Of a DNA stretch of 64,000 nucleotides, positions 7,986 to 15,533 are shown one piece after another (within the stretch, counting starts at the first letter, position 1; every line of letters begins with the position of its first letter). This stretch comes from an uncultured Alphaproteobacteria bacterium (lineage in GTDB: Bacteria; Pseudomonadota; Alphaproteobacteria; CAAHEQ01; UBA3637): the NCBI GenBank assembly GCA_905236245.1, contig CAJOPC010000005.1, positions 539-64,538 of the forward strand. The letters are read 5' to 3'. The notes under the pieces were generated by a model. It was not told the DNA's origin, did no database searches, and worked only from the letters and a program-made list of their open reading frames with translations. The translations under genes were made by a program, and so were the position numbers.

Positions 7986-8723
7986 ATGATGAAAGAAAAG
8001 AAAGTACGAATCAGTTTGTCCCATGTTGCTAAAGCTTTTGGCAAAAAGCAAGTTTTGAAAGATGTGAGTCTTGATGTTCACGAGGGAGAATCTGTTGTTA
8101 TTATTGGCGGTTCCGGAACGGGAAAATCTGTTACATTAAAGTGTTTGTTAGGTTTAATTACGCCGGATCGAGGCAGTATAAGTATGACCACAGACAACAT
8201 TGGTATGTTGTTTCAAGGGGCTGCGTTATTCGACAGTTTGTCCGTATGGGAAAATGTATCATTTGTGATGTTGCAAAAAAAACATGCAGATCGTGACGCG
8301 GCTAAAAAACTAGCTATTCAAAAATTAGCACAGGTTGGATTACCTGCGGAGGTGGCGGATGCCTATCCAGCGGACTTGTCCGGAGGTATGAAAAAGCGCG
8401 TAGGATTGGCTCGTGCAATCGCAACAAATCCAGAAATTATTTTCTTTGATGAACCGACCACTGGATTGGATCCTATTATGTCGGATGTCATCAATGATTT
8501 GATTGTAGATTGCGTTAAAAAATTGGGTGCTACGGCTTTGACGATTACTCATGATATGAATTCCGCCCGAAAAATTGCCGATAGAATTGCCATGCTTTAC
8601 AATGGAGAAATTATTTGGGTTGGGACTGTTGCAGAATTGGATAAAACAACAAATCCGTATGTGCGTCAGTTTGTCGCAGGTTCTGCCAAAGGTCCTATCA
8701 AAATGGAGGTTAAGGCCGAGTAA
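7986..8723 (+). CDS. mlaF: MlaF-type ABC transporter ATP-binding protein
   Basis: Has Walker A GGSGTGKS, the signature LSGGMKKRV and Walker B IIFFDEPT. It sits directly after mlaE. Confidence 0.85.
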   Translation: MMKEKKVRISLSHVAKAFGKKQVLKDVSLDVHEGESVVIIGGSGTGKSVTLKCLLGLITPDRGSISMTTDNIGMLFQGAALFDSLSVWENVSFVMLQKKHADRDAAKKLAIQKLAQVGLPAEVADAYPADLSGGMKKRVGLARAIATNPEIIFFDEPTTGLDPIMSDVINDLIVDCVKKLGATALTITHDMNSARKIADRIAMLYNGEIIWVGTVAELDKTTNPYVRQFVAGSAKGPIKMEVKAE

Positions 8724-10108
8724 TGCCTAAAAAAACGACTCATTTTGTATGTCAAAATTGCGGTGCTGTCTATGCTAGGTGGGCAGGCAAGTGTGAGGCT
8801 TGTGGCGAATGGAACACCATCCAAGAAGAAGCGGTGCCTGTTTCAGATAGCCCTACAGCGACCGGTGGTAAAAATGGTAAGAAGATAGAATTTTTTGATT
8901 TGCGAGGAACGCCTGAAACCATTTTTCGACTCAAAACAAATATTGGAGAATTGGATCGAGTTTGTGGTGGCGGTTTAGTGCCAGGTTCTGTTATTTTGGT
9001 TGGTGGAGATCCCGGTATTGGTAAATCTACGTTGCTTTTGCAAGCAGTGGCCAGTTTGACCAAAGGTGTAAATAAGCAAGGTTCTCCGACAAGGTGTAGT
9101 TATATTTCTGGCGAAGAATCGGTGGATCAAGTGCGTTTGCGCGCTATGCGATTAGGATTGGCCGATAATCCAGTGGATTTGGCCAGCGAAACACATATTC
9201 GAGATATTGTAGCAACTTTGGATACGAAAGAAGCTCCCGATGTGGTTATCATTGATTCGATTCAGACAATGTATACGGACATGGTGGATTCTGCCCCCGG
9301 CACGGTTACTCAAGTGCGGGCCTGCGGTCATGAGCTTATTCGCTTGGCTAAAAAACGGGGCTTTGTATTGTTTTTGGTTGGTCATGTGACAAAAGAAGGC
9401 ACCTTGGCCGGGCCTCGCGTGTTGGAGCATATGGTGGATACCGTTCTTTATTTTGAAGGTGACAGAGGTCATCATTTCCGGATTTTGCGCTCTATTAAAA
9501 ATCGTTTTGGCGCGACGGATGAAATTGGTGTTTTTGAGATGACGGATAAGGGATTGTCTGAAGTTTTGAATCCGTCAGCTCTTTTTTTGGCCGATAGACA
9601 AGGTCATATTTCCGGCAGTTGTGTTTTTGCAGGAATTGAAGGATCTCGCCCATTATTGGTGGAAATCCAGGCGCTTGTAGCGCCCATGAGCGGAACGAAT
9701 CCGCGACGAGCGGTTGTTGGTTGGGATACAAATCGATTAAATATGCTGTTGGCTGTTTTGGAAACAAGGTGCGGCATTTCACTTGCCAATAAAGATATTT
9801 TCTTGAATGTGGCGGGCGGTTTGAAATTGACTGAACCGGCCGTAGATTTGGCTGCTATTATGGCAATTTTATCCAATGCGTTTAACCATCCTCTTCCATC
9901 GGACATGGTCTTTTTTGGAGAGGTTGGTTTGTCCGGAGAAATTAGAAATGTAGCGGCCAGTGATTTACGTTTGAAGGAGGCAAAAAAGTTGGGATTTACA
10001 AAGGCTTTGGTGCCGCCAAATAAAAACAGAAAAACCGATTTTAAAGCAACGGAAATCGGTAATTTAAAAACCGTGTTAGATTTTTTTGAAAAGGGGAGAG
10101 AAAAATGA
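8723..10108 (+). CDS. radA: DNA repair protein RadA
   Basis: Has an N-terminal C4 zinc finger (CQNCGAVYARWAGKCEACGEWNT), Walker A GDPGIGKST, the KNRFG motif and a Lon-like C-terminal domain. Confidence 0.95.
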   Translation: MPKKTTHFVCQNCGAVYARWAGKCEACGEWNTIQEEAVPVSDSPTATGGKNGKKIEFFDLRGTPETIFRLKTNIGELDRVCGGGLVPGSVILVGGDPGIGKSTLLLQAVASLTKGVNKQGSPTRCSYISGEESVDQVRLRAMRLGLADNPVDLASETHIRDIVATLDTKEAPDVVIIDSIQTMYTDMVDSAPGTVTQVRACGHELIRLAKKRGFVLFLVGHVTKEGTLAGPRVLEHMVDTVLYFEGDRGHHFRILRSIKNRFGATDEIGVFEMTDKGLSEVLNPSALFLADRQGHISGSCVFAGIEGSRPLLVEIQALVAPMSGTNPRRAVVGWDTNRLNMLLAVLETRCGISLANKDIFLNVAGGLKLTEPAVDLAAIMAILSNAFNHPLPSDMVFFGEVGLSGEIRNVAASDLRLKEAKKLGFTKALVPPNKNRKTDFKATEIGNLKTVLDFFEKGREK

Positions 10109-10761
10109 TTGGAATGTTTGGTATTGTTGATTTAGTTGTCTTGGGAATTATTGTAATTTCCGTATTGTTTGCGCTTTATCGAGGATTGGTGCGAGAATTG
10201 CTGGGCATATCCTCATGGCTTTTGGCCGGATTTACTGCACTATACAGCTATGATCCTTTGCTGAAAGCGTGCAAGGGACATTTTGAAAATGTTAAGTTGG
10301 CGGCCATTGTTGGAACGGTTTTGTTGGCTTTGGTTGTTTTAATTATTATGACAATTTTCAATGCCGCCATTACGCGACGCCTGCGGAAAAGTGCTTTAAG
10401 CGGGTTGGATCGTATTTTTGGACTTTGTTTCGGTGTTGCTCGTGCAATTTTAATTATTGCGTTGATTTATATTTTCAGTTCGGCGATGATTTTGTCGCCC
10501 AAAAATATTGCAGACTTGAAAAAGCAAAACAAATCTATTCCTTACATACAGCTGAGCGCGGGTTGGATCGAAAATATTTTCCCGGAAAATATTAAAAAAG
10601 ATTTGTTGTCCTATCAACAAAATAAAAAAGAAAAAATAGCGGAGCACATCAATAAAAAAGTGCAACAAAGCAAAGAAAATATTGTTGATTATAAGGAAAA
10701 AGACAGGGAGTTGTTGGATGATTTAGTTTCCGGCCTTAAAGAATTGGGAGATTTAGAATGA
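10105..10761 (+). CDS. cvpA: CvpA-family membrane protein
   Basis: The N-terminus IVDLVVLGIIVISVLFALYRGLVRELLGI and four predicted TM helices resemble CvpA. It has a charged C-terminal tail and an ATGA overlap with radA. Confidence 0.7.
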   Translation: MIGMFGIVDLVVLGIIVISVLFALYRGLVRELLGISSWLLAGFTALYSYDPLLKACKGHFENVKLAAIVGTVLLALVVLIIMTIFNAAITRRLRKSALSGLDRIFGLCFGVARAILIIALIYIFSSAMILSPKNIADLKKQNKSIPYIQLSAGWIENIFPENIKKDLLSYQQNKKEKIAEHINKKVQQSKENIVDYKEKDRELLDDLVSGLKELGDLE

Positions 10762-11165
10762 AAAAATATACACCCGAAGATTTAATTCAAAAATGTTGTG
10801 AGATGTTAAAAAAACGCTATCAAAAAGAGGGGCATCACTCTGTTGTTTGTGCAACTGTTTTGGCTAAATCTGGCAAGATTTACACGGCTTTAAATGTGGG
10901 AACATATCAACCTTCTGTGGCAATTTGTGCAGAAACAGTTGCTATTGGAATGGGGCACACTGCCGAAAAGAATTTTGAAATTGATACAATTGCTGTTATG
11001 CGTGGAGAAAGTCCCTATCTTATCAGCCCATGTGGCAGATGTCGTGAATATATTTTCGATTACGGTCCAAAATCAAAGGTGGTTATTCCTGCCGATACTA
11101 AAAAGGGCTGGAAGCTAATGAAAATTGAAGAATTATTGCCTGAAAAGTATGTTAAAAAGGATTGA
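10758..11165 (+). CDS. cytidine/deoxycytidylate deaminase-family protein (small Cdd-type)
   Basis: Carries the zinc-binding motifs CAETVAIG and PCGRCREY in a 135-aa protein. Confidence 0.65.
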   Translation: MKKYTPEDLIQKCCEMLKKRYQKEGHHSVVCATVLAKSGKIYTALNVGTYQPSVAICAETVAIGMGHTAEKNFEIDTIAVMRGESPYLISPCGRCREYIFDYGPKSKVVIPADTKKGWKLMKIEELLPEKYVKKD

Positions 11166-11168
11166 TCA

Positions 11169-11630
11169 ATGCATATTATTTTGTCGGCAATTGGTAAGTT
11201 AAAAAAGAAGTCTCCCGAATATGAGTTGATGGCCTCATATTTGAAGCGTAGCAAGTGGTCTGTTGAGGTGAAGGAATATGAAGAAAAACGCACTTTATCG
11301 GGAGAAAAGTTAAAAGATGCCGAGGCGGATTTATTACTTTCCAGTATTCCGGAAAAAGCCAAAGTTGTCGTGTTGGACGAACATGGATCAACTTTGACCT
11401 CCAGAGAATTTGCCGGCAAGCTTAGAAATTGGCAAATGAACGGAACGGGAACCGTTGTGTTTTTAATCGGAGGTGCCGACGGTCATGGTAAAAAGGCAAA
11501 AGAACGCGCCGATTTAATGCTGTCTTTCGGACGCATGACGCTCCCGCATTTTTTGATGCGAGTCGTATTGTCGGAACAAATTTATCGTGCCCAAACAATT
11601 TTAAGCGGGCACCCCTATCATCGAGATTAA
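11169..11630 (+). CDS. rlmH: 23S rRNA (pseudouridine1915-N3)-methyltransferase RlmH
   Basis: 153 aa SPOUT-type protein with FLIGGADGH and LSFGRMTLPHFLMRVVLSEQIYRAQTILSGHPYHR. Confidence 0.9.
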   Translation: MHIILSAIGKLKKKSPEYELMASYLKRSKWSVEVKEYEEKRTLSGEKLKDAEADLLLSSIPEKAKVVVLDEHGSTLTSREFAGKLRNWQMNGTGTVVFLIGGADGHGKKAKERADLMLSFGRMTLPHFLMRVVLSEQIYRAQTILSGHPYHRD

Positions 11631-11648
11631 AAAAATACAAAAATATGC

Positions 11649-11677
11649 TTGACACGACACATTCCTTTTGATACAAT
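11649..11677 (+). promoter_or_regulatory. candidate sigma-70-type promoter (TTGACA-17-TACAAT) for rpoH
   Basis: The -35 is consensus and the -10 near-consensus, with an exact 17-nt spacer. It would leave a leader of about 80 nt before ATG 11765. Confidence 0.5.
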
Positions 11678-11764
11678 AAAGGGGCTTAGTTCAAAAGACG
11701 GGCTTGTTCTTGTCTAGAGTAGAGGGAACAAAACTTTATATTGCTTCATAGGAAAGGATATAAA

Positions 11765-12640
11765 ATGACGAACACATACGCTTTATCTTTATTGGCATCC
11801 AATGCCTCTTTGCCGAAATATTTAGCCGAAATCAGTAAGTTTCCGATGTTAGATGCGGAAAAAGAGTATATGTTGGCTAAACGTTATAAGGAAACGGGTG
11901 ATATTGAGGCGGCACACGAATTGACGACTTCGCATTTGCGGTTGGCCGCGAAAGTTGCTATCTCATTTAGGCATTACGGATTGGCCCTTTCCGATTTAAT
12001 TTCCGAAGCAAACATCGGGTTGATGCAAGCCATTAAAAAGTTTGATCCGGATAAAGGATTCCGTTTGGCAACCTATGCCATTTGGTGGATTAAAGCAGCA
12101 GTGTCAGAGTTCATTTTAAAATCTTGGTCCTTGGTGAAAATTGGGACAGTTGCGACACAGAAGCGGCTGTTTTACAATTTGCACAAGATTAAATCTCGCC
12201 TGGGCCTTTATGGTGAAACTTCGTTAAATGATGAGACGGCCGATCAAATTGCTGCTCAGCTGGGCGTATCCAAAAAAGATGTGATTGAAATGGAACAACG
12301 CCTCTCCGGTGATTCGTCTTTGAATGCGACTTTGTCCCACGATTCTACAACAAATTATCAAGATATGTTGACGGACGGCGAAGAGACTATTGAAGAAAGA
12401 TTGGGTGAAACCCAAGAAATGATTTTGAAAAAGAAATTGTTGAAGGAAGCTTTGGAAACTTTGTCCGATCGTGAACGCCAAATTGTTGAGCGTCGCTTCC
12501 TGACGGATAATCCGGATACATTGGAAGATTTGGGATTGGAATTTCATATCAGTCGTGAGCGTGTGCGTCAAATTGAAACCAAAGCATATCAAAAAGTATC
12601 CAAAGCGATTCATGCCGGCGCAGCAAAATACGCATTGTAA
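11765..12640 (+). CDS. rpoH: RNA polymerase sigma-32 (heat-shock sigma factor)
   Basis: The start is trimmed to ATG 11765, with a GGAAAGGA SD. It has the sigma-70 region 2 block (FDPDKGFRLATYAIWWIKAAV), an RpoH-box-like QKRLFYNLHK and the region 4 block ISRERVRQIE. Confidence 0.9.
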   Translation: MTNTYALSLLASNASLPKYLAEISKFPMLDAEKEYMLAKRYKETGDIEAAHELTTSHLRLAAKVAISFRHYGLALSDLISEANIGLMQAIKKFDPDKGFRLATYAIWWIKAAVSEFILKSWSLVKIGTVATQKRLFYNLHKIKSRLGLYGETSLNDETADQIAAQLGVSKKDVIEMEQRLSGDSSLNATLSHDSTTNYQDMLTDGEETIEERLGETQEMILKKKLLKEALETLSDRERQIVERRFLTDNPDTLEDLGLEFHISRERVRQIETKAYQKVSKAIHAGAAKYAL

Positions 12641-12659
12641 GTTTGTGCCTATAGTTTTC

Positions 12660-12688
12660 TTGACAACCCGATGAAATTCGTGTAAAAC
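12660..12688 (+). promoter_or_regulatory. candidate promoter (TTGACA-17-TAAAAC) for Cys-rich gene 2
   Basis: Hexamers read directly in the 78-nt rpoH/Cys-rich intergenic region. The -10 is weak. Confidence 0.3.
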
Positions 12689-12718
12689 GGGGTTATAGAA
12701 TTGAATCAAGGAGTTTTT

Positions 12719-13948
12719 ATGTGTCAAAATAAAATTCATACCCTCCCGCGTTGTCACAAGCATTTAATTTTTAAAGTATTTTTAGCTATTTTTCTGGCCT
12801 TAATTGTTGCGTCGTCTGCATTTGCTTTTGGCGGTGGAGGCAAAAGCCGCAAGTCTTCTGTTTATCGCGGAACGGGGGTGGATTCCATTGGCATACATTT
12901 TAATGGAAAAGGCGGTGATTCTGAAGAGGAATCGGAAGAGACATGTCCTGCCGAAAAACAATGTGGTGATTATTGTTGCCAAGGGGATAATATTTGTCAA
13001 AAAAATGAGGCAGGAGAGTTTCAGTGTTGTAATGAAAAAACAGGACATTGTTGCGTTGATAATCAATCGGCTTATAAGACTCCATGGACTTCTAATTCAT
13101 GTTGTTCGGGAAGTCTGTATTGTTATGGGCGAAATGAAGATGGTACTTGTCGGTATGATTGGTTTGCTTGTTGTCCTAGCACATATGAGCTTCATAATGA
13201 TTATTGTTGTAATGGAAAAATATTTATAGGAGCGGGTGTTGATGGTGCGGACATGTGTTGTTCTGCTGATACACAGCCTTCGTGTTCTATTCGAAATAAA
13301 GAAGGGGTTTGTAAAGGCGCATTTTGTTGCCCAGGAGATGTAACAAAAAGGCCGGAAGGTGATGTGTGTTATGCAGCAGAATTTACGGGCTGCAAAACAA
13401 ATTCAGATTGTGATTCTGGTGAATATTGTAAGTTAACGGGAGATAAGTGTAAATATCCTAGCGAGGGAGTTTGTACGGCCATAGGAGATTATTTGGAACC
13501 AGAAAATGAAATAAGCGGTTTGGGTAGAGTGAAGATAAGTCTTGATGATCGGATGACATGGTGGTCGGCGGATAATTGGTGTAAAGCCCAAGGAATGCAT
13601 TTACCAGAAGTGGAAAAATTTAATTGTTATATGAGCGGGACCAGTACGCCGGTAATATCTGGAATCGATCGCCGAGGGGCTTGTTGCGCTGGGGATGATG
13701 TTGAATGTGAAATTATTGGTGATTGGTTTTATGAAAATAAAAGGGATAAATATAGTCCTATTTTATATGAATTAAAACAAGCTATTGGAGAAGAACATTG
13801 GGGTTGGTGGTATTATTGGACAGCCTCTCGTGTATATGAAAAAGATGATGATGGTTGTTTTTACTTTAATATATCGTTAGCACATGCTGATGTCGGAGTA
13901 TACAATCGTGATTACTTGGGCATGCGAGCTCTTTGTGTTAATGATTAG
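12719..13948 (+). CDS. secreted hyper-cysteine-rich protein, family member 2, with lectin-like C-terminal domain
   Basis: ATG 12719 has an AAGGAG SD 5 nt upstream. The hydrophobic leader ends ...SSAFA and is followed by FGGGGKSRKSSVYRGTGVDSIGIHFNGK. The block ETCPAEKQCGDYCCQGDNIC is shared with member 1. Many CC doublets follow, and the tail is Trp/Tyr-rich (MTWWSADNWCKAQGMHLP ... YYWTAS ... ALCVND). Confidence 0.75.
   Translation: MCQNKIHTLPRCHKHLIFKVFLAIFLALIVASSAFAFGGGGKSRKSSVYRGTGVDSIGIHFNGKGGDSEEESEETCPAEKQCGDYCCQGDNICQKNEAGEFQCCNEKTGHCCVDNQSAYKTPWTSNSCCSGSLYCYGRNEDGTCRYDWFACCPSTYELHNDYCCNGKIFIGAGVDGADMCCSADTQPSCSIRNKEGVCKGAFCCPGDVTKRPEGDVCYAAEFTGCKTNSDCDSGEYCKLTGDKCKYPSEGVCTAIGDYLEPENEISGLGRVKISLDDRMTWWSADNWCKAQGMHLPEVEKFNCYMSGTSTPVISGIDRRGACCAGDDVECEIIGDWFYENKRDKYSPILYELKQAIGEEHWGWWYYWTASRVYEKDDDGCFYFNISLAHADVGVYNRDYLGMRALCVND
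12827..12910 (+). repeat. coding segment for the conserved leader module (copy 2 of 3)
   Basis: Encodes FGGGGKSRKSSVYRGTGVDSIGIHFNGK. Confidence 0.8.
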
Positions 13949-14011
13949 TAAGAAAGAATGGAATAGCTGCCGTTGCATACTGTAAAAAAGCTTTCTATTT
14001 TGGACGATTTG

Positions 14012-14020
14012 TGGTATAAT
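14012..14020 (+). promoter_or_regulatory. extended -10 promoter element (TGgTATAAT) immediately upstream of map
   Basis: TATAAT ends at 14020 and the map ATG starts at 14028. There is no SD in between, so the mRNA may be leaderless. Confidence 0.35.
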
Positions 14021-14027
14021 TGTCTGC

Positions 14028-14807
14028 ATGAGTGAAATTATTATACATAGTCCTTCGGATTTTCCAGGTTTACGTTCGGCAGGACGTTTAGCCGCCGAAA
14101 CATTGGATTACATTACCCCTTTCGTCAAAGTGGGCGTGAGCACCGAATATTTGGACGATTTAATGAATGATTTTATCAAATCAAAAGGTGGTGTATCCGC
14201 GTGTATAGGCTATCATGGATATCCAAAGGCCACGTGTATTTCGCCAAATCATGTCGTTTGTCACGGTATTCCCAGTCCAGATAAACATTTGCAAAATGGT
14301 GATATTATCAACATTGATGTGACGGTGATTTTGGATGGATATTATGGCGATACTTCGCGGATGTATTTTGTTGGTCATCCGTCTATCAAAGCAAAACGAT
14401 TAGTTATGAATGCTTATGATACGATGATGGCTGGTATCAATGCGGTGAAGCCAGGTGCTACTACGGGAGATTTGGGATATGCTATGGAAAAAATGGCCGA
14501 GAAAGAAGGTTTTTCCGTCGTGCGTGATTATTGCGGTCATGGTTGTGGTAAGGTTTTTCATGGTGCGCCAAACATTTTGAATTTTGGTCGCAAAGGATCA
14601 GGTGTTAAAATTGTTCCCGGTATGGTTTTTACGGTTGAGCCCATGGTGAACATCGGAACTTTTGAAACGGTTGTTTTAAATGATGATTGGACGGTTGTGA
14701 CAAAGGACAAACAGCTTTCGGCTCAATTTGAACATATGTTGGGTGTGACGGAGGACGGCTTTGAAATCTTTACGCTTTCTCCAAAGGGATTACATTTTCC
14801 CACTTAG
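14028..14807 (+). CDS. map: type I methionine aminopeptidase
   Basis: Carries the motifs CHGIP, INIDVT, DGYYGDTSRM, GHGCG(K)VFH and FTVEPM, and EH near the C-terminus. Confidence 0.95.
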   Translation: MSEIIIHSPSDFPGLRSAGRLAAETLDYITPFVKVGVSTEYLDDLMNDFIKSKGGVSACIGYHGYPKATCISPNHVVCHGIPSPDKHLQNGDIINIDVTVILDGYYGDTSRMYFVGHPSIKAKRLVMNAYDTMMAGINAVKPGATTGDLGYAMEKMAEKEGFSVVRDYCGHGCGKVFHGAPNILNFGRKGSGVKIVPGMVFTVEPMVNIGTFETVVLNDDWTVVTKDKQLSAQFEHMLGVTEDGFEIFTLSPKGLHFPT

Positions 14808-14822
14808 TATCAAGGGGCTTTC

Positions 14823-15533
14823 ATGAAAAAGTCATCGGACGCAACAAATCAAACACAAAAACCATGGTATTATGGTCATCGTGAACGTATGCATCAAAAA
14901 ATGCAAGAAAAAGGTGTGGACAGCTTGACCGATGCAGAGTTATTGGAATTGTTGTTGATGTACGCAATTCCTCGTCGGGATGTGAAACCGATTGTGCACG
15001 ATTTGCTGACGGAATTTGGATGTTTGGGAAATGTGTTTGGCGCTTCGGATGACGAGTTGATGAAAATTAAAGGTATCAAAGAAAACACGGTTCGCTTTTT
15101 TCGACTTGTCAATACAACGGCAAAACAGGCAGCCCTTTCCAAGATTAAAGATCAGCCGATTTTGTCTGGATGGGAGCAATTGTTTGCCTATGCCTCTACG
15201 CTTTATACGGGGGAGTCTGTTGAAAAATTATATATTTTATTTTTAGATGCCAAATTGCGGTTGATAAAATCTCAAATGATTCAAATCGGAACTGTCAATC
15301 ATATTCCGATTTATCCCAGAGATATTTTAAAAATAGCTTTGAATTTAGATGCGTCCGCCGTTGTTTTAATACATAATCATCCGTCGGGAGATTCCAATCC
15401 GTCCAAAGATGATATTGTGGCGACACGAGAAATTCGCGATGTTTTAAACGAGGTCGGAATACAGCTGATAGAACACCTTGTTATCGGCCAAGGCAACAAA
15501 ATTCATTCTATGAAAGCCGATGGCGTTTTCTAA
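14823..15533 (+). CDS. radC: RadC-family JAMM domain protein
   Basis: Has an HhH-like N-terminus (LTDAELLELLL) and the JAMM motif VLIHNHPSGDSNPSKDD. Confidence 0.85.
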   Translation: MKKSSDATNQTQKPWYYGHRERMHQKMQEKGVDSLTDAELLELLLMYAIPRRDVKPIVHDLLTEFGCLGNVFGASDDELMKIKGIKENTVRFFRLVNTTAKQAALSKIKDQPILSGWEQLFAYASTLYTGESVEKLYILFLDAKLRLIKSQMIQIGTVNHIPIYPRDILKIALNLDASAVVLIHNHPSGDSNPSKDDIVATREIRDVLNEVGIQLIEHLVIGQGNKIHSMKADGVF

